Source of the DNA: Desulfobacterales bacterium
GTDB lineage: Bacteria; Desulfobacterota; Desulfobacteria; Desulfobacterales; SURF-7
DNA: 64,000 nt
Direction of reading: 5' to 3'
Assembly (NCBI GenBank): GCA_041740615.1
Contig: JBGSLR010000026.1
Location: 5,165 to 69,164, forward strand
Position numbers and translations under genes: made by a program. This document shows, one piece after another, positions 30,140 through 39,095 of the stretch (position 1 is its first letter; each line of letters starts with the position of its first letter). The notes under the pieces were generated by a model. That model was not told the DNA's origin. It did not search any database and saw nothing but the letters and a program-made list of their open reading frames with translations.

Positions 30140-30259
30140 TCCATCCATAAATGGTATCTTTCGGCCAAGGTCTTTGTTCTCGCTGTTTTGAAATCCTCGA
30201 CGTAGCGATGCGACGCCTCGGTTTTCAAACTGGACCAAAATCTACCATTTGTGGATGGA
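30140..30259. repeat. 15-bp inverted repeat with one mismatch, enclosing about 90 nt with nested inner palindromes, between pspA and yqiJ
   Basis: TCCATCCATAAATGG (30140-54) against CCATTTGTGGATGGA (30245-59). The inner part contains TTTTGAAATCC / GGTTTTCAAAC and a central CGACGTAGCGATGCGACG. Confidence 0.5.
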
Positions 30260-30303
30260 CACTAACAACCAACAATCGATCCACTCGAGAAAGAGAATAG
30301 GAT

Positions 30304-30948
30304 ATGGCGGAACTGTTGCAGTGGTGGAATCTCCTGTTTGTTTTGCCGTTTGTCGGTGCGCTGTTCTATATTTTGTTGCTTTGCAGCGGTGCAATCGCTG
30401 CGGACCATGATCTGGGTTTTACCGTCGAGGGGGATGCAGATCATGGAATCGATCACGAAACCGGAATCGAACATATCCATGACCTGAACCCCGGTCTGTT
30501 GTCCAGCATTGTAAACCTGCTCGGGATCGGCAAGGTCCCTCTTTCCATCATTCTTATCTCTTTCTGTTGTATATGGGGGTTTACCGGGTTCGCCGCCAAC
30601 ACTTTGCTCAATCCGATTCTGCCCCCGTTTTTATTTGTTTGGGTGTCCCTGTTCATTGCCCTCACGGCCGCCGTGGTCTTTACCAGAAGTCTTGCGAATT
30701 TAATAGCAAGGGTTATGCCGGCGACGGAGACCTATGCCATTTCGCCTGCGCAGCTGGTGGGTAAATGGGCCGAAGCGACGACGCGCATTGATGAAACGTT
30801 CGGCCAGGCCATCGTCCACGACGACACGGGCGTGATCCATACGGTACAATGCCTGGTGAAAAGCGGAGAGCCGTCGATTCCAAGCGGCAGTCAAGTTATT
30901 TTGATGTTTTTCGACAAAAAGCGGAGTGTATTTTTTGTGACCGCATAA
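30304..30948 (+). CDS. yqiJ: YqiJ/NfeD-like inner-membrane protein (OB-fold C-terminus), partner of the flotillin
   Basis: 214 aa: an N-terminal transmembrane helix, an acidic His/Asp-rich loop, two further transmembrane segments and a C-terminal beta-rich tail. It lies immediately upstream of an SPFH gene, as in E. coli yqiJK. Confidence 0.55.
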   Translation: MAELLQWWNLLFVLPFVGALFYILLLCSGAIAADHDLGFTVEGDADHGIDHETGIEHIHDLNPGLLSSIVNLLGIGKVPLSIILISFCCIWGFTGFAANTLLNPILPPFLFVWVSLFIALTAAVVFTRSLANLIARVMPATETYAISPAQLVGKWAEATTRIDETFGQAIVHDDTGVIHTVQCLVKSGEPSIPSGSQVILMFFDKKRSVFFVTA

Positions 30949-31012
30949 GATTCCGTAGCGGATCCAAATGAATTTTATCTCCATGCCCCATACCATGAGA
31001 AAGGATTGCCCC

Positions 31013-33034
31013 ATGTCAGACCTAAAAATGAAAAGCGGAAGCGGCGCCGGGTTCGGCATCATGATGATACTGTTTGCCCTTGCGTTCATTGTGACGCCTT
31101 TTATGCTGGATGCCGTGGGAGGAATCAGCCGATTACTTCTGGTGGGTTTCGGCGTATTTCTGCTTCTGATCGGTGGGATTGTGTTGATCATCACCCGACT
31201 GTATGTGAAGACCGCCGCGGACGAAGCCTTTGTTCGTACCGGTATGGGCGGGCAAAAGGTGATCATCGACGGCGGCGCCATTGTCATTCCGGTGGTGCAT
31301 AAGGTCGTCCCGGTTTCCCTGGCCACCATGCGTCTGGATGTGGAGCGCAGGGACCAGGATGCCCTGATCACCGGGGATAAACTGCGGGCCGATATCAAGG
31401 CCGAGTTCTACATCAAGGTTCAGAAGGATCGGGAAGCGGTGGTGAACGCCGCCACTTCGCTGGGGGAACGATCGGTCAATGCGGTGACCGTAAAAGAACT
31501 CGTCAATGAAAAACTGATCTCGGCCTTGCGAACCGTGGCGGCGACCAAATCGTTGGAAGACCTCAACGCCAAGCGCGATGAATTTGCCGAGGCCGTTCAA
31601 AAAATCGTATCCACCGATCTCCGGCACAATGGATTGACCCTGGAAAGTGTTACCGTATCCCAGCTCGACCAGACGCCCCCGGACAAGATGAAGGCGGAAT
31701 CCAATATCTTTGATGCCCAGGGAACCAGACAGATTGCGGAAATTACCCAGCAGATGCGCGCCGAAACCAACGCCTTGGAACGCGAGGCCGACAAAGCCAT
31801 CAAAAAGCAGGACGTCGAGAAGGACAAGTTCGTTTACGAACAGGAAATCGCGCGCGCTTCCGCCGAGGCAAGGCAGAACAGCGAAATCGAAAAAGCCCGT
31901 TCGGAGGCCAAGCAAAAGGCGGAAACCTTCCGGGCCGAGCAGGAAGAGCTGACGAGCGTTCGCGAAGTAAAGCGCGATCAGGCGGTGGCCGTCGCCAATG
32001 TCGAACGGGAAGAAAAAGTCCAAGTGGCTGATGTGGAGCGCGAACGCGCGAAACAGGTTGCCGACATTGAGCGTCAGAAAGCCATCGCCAAGGCAGCGGA
32101 AGAACGTGCCAAAGCCGAGGCCGCGCAGAAGGCCGCTGAAGCGGAACGGGAAGCCGCAAATCAGCGGGTTCAGACCGTGGCCGTGACTGAGGAAGCGAAA
32201 CGAACGGCCGAGAAGGCCTATATCGACAAGGCCCGTCAGATTGATCAGGAAGCCTATCAAACCGAGCGCCAGGCAGAGGCCAAGCGTAAGGCGGCGGAAA
32301 TGGATGCGGAAGCGCGCAAACTGAAAGCCTCGGCCGAGATGGAGGCGCTGAAAGCCGAAGCGACGGGCGAGCAGGCCAAACAAATGGTGCCGGTGAATGT
32401 TGAAAAAGAAAAAGTCGCCGTGGAACAGAAACGCGTCAACGAAGTCCTTCAACCGGAACTCAAAGCCAAAGCCGAATTTAAAGAAATATCCGTCCAGCTG
32501 GAAGTCAAGTTGAAAGAGATTGAAGTCGGCGGGGAAGTCCAGAAGGCGTTCGCCGCTGCCATGGGACGCGCGTTAAGCGACGCAAAAATGAATATCTTCG
32601 GGGACCCCGTCACATTGGGAAAAATGATGGGGATGTTCATGAAGGGACAGGCGGCCGCCACCCTGATTGAAGGATTCAGCGAATCGGTCGACCCCAGATT
32701 GCTCAAGACGACGGGGCAACTGCTGGCCGGCGTAAAAGAGACACTGCTGCGGATATTTACCGGCGCATTCGGTCAAAATCCACCCAAGGAAGACATTGCG
32801 GCCGCCATTGAAAAGATAACCCGGGAACCGTCCATTATCGCTCAGTTGAAGGAGAAATTGCTTCAGGGGTTCAGCGATACGGACCTGGCCGATTTCCTGA
32901 AAAGAGCGCTGGGAGGCGATATCGATATCAAGACCGCAATGGCCTTGATGGATACTCTCCGGCGGAATCCGGAGGTTGTGGACCAACTGAATGCGCTTTT
33001 TGAAAAAATGGCGGCACAGGATCAAGCGGTTTAG
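31013..33034 (+). CDS. yqiK: flotillin-like SPFH-domain protein (YqiK family) with a long Glu/Ala/Lys coiled-coil
   Basis: An N-terminal transmembrane helix, an SPFH/band-7 domain (VIIDGGAIVIPVVHKV...), then about 250 aa of EA-rich repeats. The start was trimmed to the ATG at 31013 (RBS GAAAGGA). Confidence 0.8.
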   Translation: MSDLKMKSGSGAGFGIMMILFALAFIVTPFMLDAVGGISRLLLVGFGVFLLLIGGIVLIITRLYVKTAADEAFVRTGMGGQKVIIDGGAIVIPVVHKVVPVSLATMRLDVERRDQDALITGDKLRADIKAEFYIKVQKDREAVVNAATSLGERSVNAVTVKELVNEKLISALRTVAATKSLEDLNAKRDEFAEAVQKIVSTDLRHNGLTLESVTVSQLDQTPPDKMKAESNIFDAQGTRQIAEITQQMRAETNALEREADKAIKKQDVEKDKFVYEQEIARASAEARQNSEIEKARSEAKQKAETFRAEQEELTSVREVKRDQAVAVANVEREEKVQVADVERERAKQVADIERQKAIAKAAEERAKAEAAQKAAEAEREAANQRVQTVAVTEEAKRTAEKAYIDKARQIDQEAYQTERQAEAKRKAAEMDAEARKLKASAEMEALKAEATGEQAKQMVPVNVEKEKVAVEQKRVNEVLQPELKAKAEFKEISVQLEVKLKEIEVGGEVQKAFAAAMGRALSDAKMNIFGDPVTLGKMMGMFMKGQAAATLIEGFSESVDPRLLKTTGQLLAGVKETLLRIFTGAFGQNPPKEDIAAAIEKITREPSIIAQLKEKLLQGFSDTDLADFLKRALGGDIDIKTAMALMDTLRRNPEVVDQLNALFEKMAAQDQAV

Positions 33035-33040
33035 TTTCGA

Positions 33041-33832
33041 TCAGGCCACTCTGTTTTTCCATTCACCGGAGCAAAGCAGTGCGTGCATCAAGGTCTGGTT
33101 TTCGAACTCCAGGTATTCCTTCAGGTCCTTGAGGGAGTAGTTCAGCAGTTTCTTGATGCCGCGCAGGGAGATTGCCGGGCGACGGAGAAAATTCCGGGCC
33201 GTTTCCTTCGCGGCAGGTAGGAGTTCGCCCTCACTGACAACGCGATGGACAAGCCCGAGTTCCAATGCTTTTTGTGCGGGAATTTCCGACTCTGACAGCA
33301 AGATCTCATAGGCCTTGCTCAGGCCCACGATTCGCGGCAAGAAGAAAGCGCCTCCTCCTTTGGGTAAAAGCCCAAGATTGAGACAGGGATTCTGAAATAC
33401 GGCATTGTCGGCGATGATGCGATAATCGCACGCCAGGCTGATGTTGAGGAAAGAAGAGATAATCCGCCCGCTGTTGCAGTGAATCACGATTTTTTCCATG
33501 GATACCAACGCCAGAATCAGTTGGTTGATGACGTTGAACATCCGGTGGACAGCGTTAATGCCCATACTGGAAGCCAGAACCTGTTCGTAGAATTCAAAAT
33601 ATTCCTCACAGCCTTTCTTTTCAGGCGAGCCCACCAGGATGACGGCTTTCACCTGATCGCTTTCGGATACACGGGCGAGATAGCCGATGATCAGATCGCG
33701 GGCGCTTAAATCGGATGTGCGCAGAAGAAAATGATCGTGGAATTGGATAACGACCAGATCGTCTATCTTGTCAGCGGAAAAAGTGTTGCATTCCAGTTCG
33801 AAGCCCGTATTTTTTTTCAGCTTTGTGACCAT
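33041..33832 (-). CDS. enoyl-CoA hydratase/isomerase (crotonase) family protein
   Basis: 263 aa with a crotonase fold (…ALVSMEKIVIHCNSGRIISSFLNISLACDYRIIADNAVF…). Confidence 0.8.
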   Translation of the reverse strand: MVTKLKKNTGFELECNTFSADKIDDLVVIQFHDHFLLRTSDLSARDLIIGYLARVSESDQVKAVILVGSPEKKGCEEYFEFYEQVLASSMGINAVHRMFNVINQLILALVSMEKIVIHCNSGRIISSFLNISLACDYRIIADNAVFQNPCLNLGLLPKGGGAFFLPRIVGLSKAYEILLSESEIPAQKALELGLVHRVVSEGELLPAAKETARNFLRRPAISLRGIKKLLNYSLKDLKEYLEFENQTLMHALLCSGEWKNRVA

Positions 33833-33899
33833 ATGCGTTTCCTTTTGTCTTTTTTTGTTCGCCGCTTCCCGGGGAAGGTGATACGGCAGTCGGGAGATT

Positions 33900-34175
33900 C
33901 TAATTCATCTGCAAGAAGGTCGATTTGGATCCGACGACACGACAATGAACGGGAAAGCTCAGCTCCGCCCGCAGGCGTTTGTGGAAGACCTCCACACCGA
34001 AAGGAAAGAGATACCTGAGGTCGCTGGTGTCGATGAAGACGGCATCGGAATGTTCGCAGTTCTCGGCGATAAGGCTGATCAGCTGCAATGCCATGGATCC
34101 GTCGAAATCGCCGTTCAACTGAAACCGAATTTGTTGTCCATCCTTATGCAAACGGATTTTTGAATTGGCCGCCAT
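33900..34175 (-). CDS. small STAS-like protein (possible anti-sigma-factor antagonist), hypothetical
   Basis: 91 aa. The pattern FQLNGDFDGSMALQLISLI....DAVFIDTSDLRYLFPFGVEVF is reminiscent of a STAS/SpoIIAA fold. This is a weak call. Confidence 0.3.
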   Translation of the reverse strand: MAANSKIRLHKDGQQIRFQLNGDFDGSMALQLISLIAENCEHSDAVFIDTSDLRYLFPFGVEVFHKRLRAELSFPVHCRVVGSKSTFLQMN

Positions 34176-34431
34176 GGTTTCTCCTCCGTTACGGTCTGGG
34201 TGATATTACCCGACACATACCAGACTATATCAAGGAATATGCCAAACTTTTCCATAATGTATTTTCGGTAACTTTTTGATATATAAGATATTAAAAATGA
34301 TATCGACTCGGTTCGACCAAGACTGGATGGGCTTCGCCGTCGGATTTTTTGACAACCCGACAAGGCATCTGTAAAAAAAGGCAACCGTAACCCGGGGGCG
34401 GTGGATGATTTGAAAATGATAGTGGTGGAAT

Positions 34432-35340
34432 TTAATGGATGGCGGAGGTTGTGTTGCTATGGGTGATGATCCTGCGCATCACCATGTTTTTACCGTTCTG
34501 TTTGGCGGAATACATGAGGGCGTCGGCTGAAGCGAGCATGTCATGGATGCTTACCTGAATGTCTTCGTAGGTGGCGACACCGATGCTGGCCGTGGCGGCC
34601 CAGTTGTGTTGCTTCATCAGGGCCAACAACTTGCGTTGTAGTTTTACCCCCAATTGGAAGGCGTCGTCGCTGTTGGTGCGGGAAAGTAAAATCACGAATT
34701 CGTCGCCGCCGAAGCGGGCGACGATATCGATGATGCGGATATTGGTCCGGATGGTTCCGGCAACGAGACGCAGCAGTTTGTCCCCTTCCCGATGCCCGTG
34801 CTGGTCGTTGATGTTTTTAAAATTATCCACGTCGAGGGAAAGGATGGAAACCGGATGGCCGAATCGTCTGGCATGATGGATTTCGCTTTCGGCAAATTCA
34901 AAAAATGCCAGTCGGTTCGAGATCCCGGTCAGGGGGTCGGTTCTGGCGAGTTGTTTCTGAACCGTGAGTAATTTTTTCATTTTGGAGATGAGAAGGACAA
35001 TGAACAAAAAGACCAGCAACCGAAAACTTTCGTTCAAATACGGCACGTAGGGATGTGAAAAGGATTCGGCCATGGACAGATCCGCCGCCAGCCAGGATAG
35101 GGCGCTGGCAATGGATATAAAAACCCCGCCCAAGAGGCCGACCTGCCAAGCCGACAAGACGATGGGAAAAAGATAAAAGGCGGACAGGGCGTACTCGGGT
35201 CCGGTAATATGACGAAGATAACCGATCATGACCGTCAGCAGCAGTGCGGCCGTGAAGATAAACCCTTTTTGCAAGCGGACCCGGAAGGGTGTCGGCGGCT
35301 TGGTCCGATGTTGCGTAAAGATGGTCATGATCGCTCGCAT
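34432..35340 (-). CDS. membrane-anchored GGDEF diguanylate cyclase
   Basis: The N-terminal half has 4-5 transmembrane helices. The C-terminal GGDEF domain has RFGGDEF and an intact I-site region. Confidence 0.8.
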   Translation of the reverse strand: MRAIMTIFTQHRTKPPTPFRVRLQKGFIFTAALLLTVMIGYLRHITGPEYALSAFYLFPIVLSAWQVGLLGGVFISIASALSWLAADLSMAESFSHPYVPYLNESFRLLVFLFIVLLISKMKKLLTVQKQLARTDPLTGISNRLAFFEFAESEIHHARRFGHPVSILSLDVDNFKNINDQHGHREGDKLLRLVAGTIRTNIRIIDIVARFGGDEFVILLSRTNSDDAFQLGVKLQRKLLALMKQHNWAATASIGVATYEDIQVSIHDMLASADALMYSAKQNGKNMVMRRIITHSNTTSAIH

Positions 35341-35341
35341 G

Positions 35342-36292
35342 TCAGTTTACGATCCAGACGGCACGGTTCACCGCCAGGTTCAGAACCTTCTGGCCGACCC
35401 GGCCCAGAAAAAATTCTTTGACAACGGAAGTGCCTCTTCGGCCGAGGACGATGCTGCCGTGTCCTTCCTGATCCATTTCATTCACCAGACATTGGGATCG
35501 CCTTTCGACATCCAGGATCACTTTGCTGCTTACTTTGAATGGCGGCCAGCCAGCTTCGATCAGTTGCCGCTCGGCCTGGCGGAGAATGGGCCGGATTCCT
35601 TCCTGATTGATTTTTTGCCATTTGAGTTCATGGGCGTCTGAAAAAATTTCATCTTGTTTTTGTGGGAGGCGGGCACGCATTTGTTTCAGCTTCAGGGATC
35701 GGATTACATGGCAGAGGATGACGTGGAGATTTGGATTGTGGAGGACGCCGGCGACGAATTCAATCGCATGTTTTGCGCCGTCGGAACGGTCCACGCCGAT
35801 GAGAAGTTTGTCCGTAGACGGCTCTGCGCCGATAATGGCAACGGGAAGATGATCGCACAGATGAATCAGTTTTGTGGTCACGCTGCCGAGGGAAATGTCG
35901 TTTACATCGTGGGTTTCCGAACGTCCGATCAACAGCGCCGCATATCCCTTTTTTGACTCGTCCACGATATCCCGCGCGATGCCTCTTTGACGCGGCTGAT
36001 GGATAGCGGTGATGGATGAAGGCGAGAAGCCTTTCCGCAGCAGCGTGATCCTGGCGGTTTCGAAGAAGTCCTCGGCGGCGATTTCTTCATGGGAATGCCA
36101 ATCGTCAAGGGGTAACAGATCGGTTCCCGGCTGGGGGTCTTTTTCCAGATCAAACAGACTGTCCGGGACAGGTGGGTTCACTCGGAACAGCACGACCTCG
36201 GCATCATCGGGAGGAATGACTTTGCTGAAATAGCGGATGACTCCAAGGGACCGGTCAAATCGATCCACAGCCAGTAAAAATTTCTTTTTCAT
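35342..36292 (-). CDS. tandem universal stress protein (UspA x2)
   Basis: 316 aa with two Usp-like halves (…IVLGRRGTSVVKEFFLGRVGQKVLNLA…). It ends 1 nt before the GGDEF gene. Confidence 0.75.
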   Translation of the reverse strand: MKKKFLLAVDRFDRSLGVIRYFSKVIPPDDAEVVLFRVNPPVPDSLFDLEKDPQPGTDLLPLDDWHSHEEIAAEDFFETARITLLRKGFSPSSITAIHQPRQRGIARDIVDESKKGYAALLIGRSETHDVNDISLGSVTTKLIHLCDHLPVAIIGAEPSTDKLLIGVDRSDGAKHAIEFVAGVLHNPNLHVILCHVIRSLKLKQMRARLPQKQDEIFSDAHELKWQKINQEGIRPILRQAERQLIEAGWPPFKVSSKVILDVERRSQCLVNEMDQEGHGSIVLGRRGTSVVKEFFLGRVGQKVLNLAVNRAVWIVN

Positions 36293-36373
36293 GGTGAACC
36301 TCCAAAATGACAGTTCAAAGCGCCAAAGCTCAACGTTGGGCGGAATCCGTTTCCGTGACGCCGTCCGGGTTTG

Positions 36374-37312
36374 CTACCATTTTCGATCGGCTACTCGATG
36401 GGGGTTGACCAGTAAAACCGGCACCGGCGCCGCCTTGGCCACCCGCTCGGCGATGGAGCCGAACATGATTTTATCCAGTCCTTTTCGACCATGAGTTCCC
36501 ATGACAATGAGGTCCATGTTTTTTGATCGCGCATAGTCCAGGATGCGTTCCGATATATCGCCGATCAGCACACTGGTTCGGGTATTCGGGAAAGCCTCAA
36601 AGTAGGCTTGTTTGAATTCTTCCAGTTTCCGTTTGGCGCCTATGCGCAATTCCTCTTCGAATGTAAAAATCGAATGATCCGGCACATAAAGGGTATTGAA
36701 ATAGGTGACCGTTCGCATGACGCGCAGCAATTCCATTTCAGCCCCGAATGCCGTGGCCATGGCTTGGGCAAAGGGAACGATGGCGGGTGAAATGGCGGAC
36801 AGGTCCACCGGAAACAGGATTTTTCGGAACGGTTCCTCGGGAAGCTCCGCGCCGCGGGCGGATTCCATGCGATAGGGGTTGACCAGCAAAACGGGCACCG
36901 GGGAGGTCTTTAACAGGCGTTCCGCCACGGAGCCGAAGAAAACCTTTTCCAAGCCCTTTCGTCCGTGGGTCCCCAAAATCATCAGATCGATGTCCTCATT
37001 GGGCATGTAGCGGAGAATTTCATCGGCGATATCCCCCGTGAGAACCGTCATTTTAACCTGGGGCCAGGATGAAAGATACTCTCCGGCGAACTCCGTCAGG
37101 CGTTTTTGGGCGCCCTCCATCACCGCCTTGTGGAAATTGGTGATCATGGTGTCGGCGACGTACATCTCTGAAAAATGATCGAACATTCTGGCAACGAATA
37201 CCAGGTGGATTCTCGCGGAGAACTTTCGGGCCATGGCCAGCGCATAGGGCGCCAGTTTGGCGGAGGTTTCGGACAAATCGACCGGGAAAATCATTTGTTT
37301 GAAAAATGGCAT
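36374..37312 (-). CDS. tandem universal stress protein (UspA x2)
   Basis: 312 aa with two copies of the G.HG..G......GSV ATP-binding Usp motif (LILGTHGRKGLEKVFFGSVAERL and IVMGTHGRKGLDKIMFGSIAERV). Confidence 0.8.
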   Translation of the reverse strand: MPFFKQMIFPVDLSETSAKLAPYALAMARKFSARIHLVFVARMFDHFSEMYVADTMITNFHKAVMEGAQKRLTEFAGEYLSSWPQVKMTVLTGDIADEILRYMPNEDIDLMILGTHGRKGLEKVFFGSVAERLLKTSPVPVLLVNPYRMESARGAELPEEPFRKILFPVDLSAISPAIVPFAQAMATAFGAEMELLRVMRTVTYFNTLYVPDHSIFTFEEELRIGAKRKLEEFKQAYFEAFPNTRTSVLIGDISERILDYARSKNMDLIVMGTHGRKGLDKIMFGSIAERVAKAAPVPVLLVNPHRVADRKW

Positions 37313-37326
37313 ACCACACCTCCATG

Positions 37327-38241
37327 TTAAGGGTTGGTTTCTTCCCGCAACAATCGTTCCATCTCAAAGAACAGATCCTGCTCCCGGATGACACCGATGG
37401 CTTTCCCGTTTTCCATCACCAGAAGTCGTCTGAGATTGCTTTTGATCATCATATAGGCCGCCTCCATGAGGTTGGCGTCCGCGTCAATGACAAGCGGAGC
37501 AGGCGACATGATTTCGCGCACCTGCTTGCCCCCCATCTGAACGACTTCGCGTGAAAACATGCCGGTCCAGAACATGGGGGAAAACTCCATGCTGTCGGCC
37601 GTTGAGGGCTTGGGAGCCGAGAGATATCCCGGCATAATGGCTTCCATGAGATCGGCGATGGTCAGGATACCGACCACATTTTTTCGATCGTCCATCACGA
37701 GTACGGAGCGATGTCCGGTTTCCATGAGGCGACTGGTGGACAATCTCGAAAAGAAGGAGGCTCTCATTTTGGCGATGGCTTCCCGGACATTGCCGGTTTC
37801 GGGAATCGTGGTGTAATCCGCAAAAGGCACCATGACGTTCTTGACCACATGTTCCTCTTTGTCATTGGGCGCCTCGCGGAAGTGGCAGGCGTCTTCGATT
37901 CGATCGGCCAGCAATTCAATATCGCAGGGCTTGGCCAGGTAGTCGAAGGCGCCGGCGATGTAGGCCTCTTCCGCCGATGGAAGGGCGCCATGACCCGTGA
38001 GCATGATGACGGGAAGTTTCGGTTTGCGGTTCTTGATTTCCTTCAGGGCCGTATGTCCGTCCATTCCGGGCATTTTGATATCCAGAATGACGACATCCGG
38101 ATTCAGCGCCAGTTTTTCGATCGCTTCTTTTCCGTCCGCGGCCAGAATGGTTTCGAATCCCTTGCGGTTCAAGATTTTCTGGGTTGTTTCCCGGAATTTG
38201 ATCTCGTCATCCACCATGAGTACCTTGATTGTCTTATGCAT
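37327..38241 (-). CDS. response regulator: receiver domain fused to a CBS-domain pair
   Basis: Trimmed to MHKTIKVLMVDDE, with an RBS GGAG. A receiver domain (D..K..PGMDG, LTGHG) is followed by two CBS motifs. Confidence 0.8.
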   Translation of the reverse strand: MHKTIKVLMVDDEIKFRETTQKILNRKGFETILAADGKEAIEKLALNPDVVILDIKMPGMDGHTALKEIKNRKPKLPVIMLTGHGALPSAEEAYIAGAFDYLAKPCDIELLADRIEDACHFREAPNDKEEHVVKNVMVPFADYTTIPETGNVREAIAKMRASFFSRLSTSRLMETGHRSVLVMDDRKNVVGILTIADLMEAIMPGYLSAPKPSTADSMEFSPMFWTGMFSREVVQMGGKQVREIMSPAPLVIDADANLMEAAYMMIKSNLRRLLVMENGKAIGVIREQDLFFEMERLLREETNP

Positions 38242-38328
38242 ATGGTTTTTTCTCCTTTTGGTTGTAGTATCTTCGAATACGGTCGCCGATAGGACGCCGG
38301 TCTTCGTCACATCGCAATCATGACGGTT

Positions 38329-38850
38329 TCAGGCCTGCATCAGCGGCAGCAGGGAACGAAACAGGACCGTCATGACCGTTATGGATCCGATAATGATCCA
38401 AATGGTACCGGTAAGCTTCAATCCACATCCCCTGGTGAGCCCGATGCCGATGAGACACCAGCGCCATGGCTCGGACACGATGAGCAGATGGGGAATCCAG
38501 GCCGCGATCAGGCAGGCGCCGGATGCATAGGCATAGACGCTGAAGAGTTGCCGGTAGCGCACCTTTTTTCCCATGCTGACCACCATCACCAGGTAGCCGA
38601 TAAAAGATAAAATAATCACCATGCCGACGGCATTGCCGAGCAGGATGGCGCCGGTAACCATTGGTGTCTGGCAACGCTGAAACACCAATGAGGCTGCCGT
38701 GAACAGAAGGGCCGAAATCACCAGGAAACCCATCGACGCCCGGGGGTACAACTGATGACGCCGGGTTTCGAAAAATTTCCCCGGGGCGCCGACAAGCTGG
38801 AAAAAGGTCCGGCCGTGGGATGCAAGTGATAGGGCATTGGTCGTTTCCAT
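38329..38850 (-). CDS. Yip1-like multi-pass membrane protein (hypothetical)
   Basis: 173 aa with 4-5 hydrophobic helices. Confidence 0.4.
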   Translation of the reverse strand: METTNALSLASHGRTFFQLVGAPGKFFETRRHQLYPRASMGFLVISALLFTAASLVFQRCQTPMVTGAILLGNAVGMVIILSFIGYLVMVVSMGKKVRYRQLFSVYAYASGACLIAAWIPHLLIVSEPWRWCLIGIGLTRGCGLKLTGTIWIIIGSITVMTVLFRSLLPLMQA

Positions 38851-38863
38851 GGTGTCCTTCTCC

Positions 38864-39025
38864 TTACAAAAGTCCGATTTTTACCAGCAGGCTCCAAAGC
38901 AGCATGATCAAGGTGCCGCCGAAAAAAATTCGACGTTCGACCTGGTTGGTGAAGTATAGGCGGCCGTTCCGGTAGCAGCAGTGTTTGGACCCGGTATGTT
39001 TTTCCTGGGTTGGTGTTGTGTCCAT
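38864..39025 (-). CDS. small membrane protein (53 aa, hypothetical), absent from the ORF track
   Basis: Hand-translated as MDTTPTQEKHTGSKHCCYRNGRLYFTNQVERRIFFGGTLIMLLWSLLVKIGLL*. GGAGG lies 6 nt upstream. It sits between the transporter and the Yip1-like gene. Confidence 0.3.
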   Translation of the reverse strand: MDTTPTQEKHTGSKHCCYRNGRLYFTNQVERRIFFGGTLIMLLWSLLVKIGLL

Positions 39026-39095
39026 TTTTTCCTCCATATTATTCCTCGGGGCGCGTTACGTCAAATCACATGGAACCGGCTTCGGCCGGTTCACG

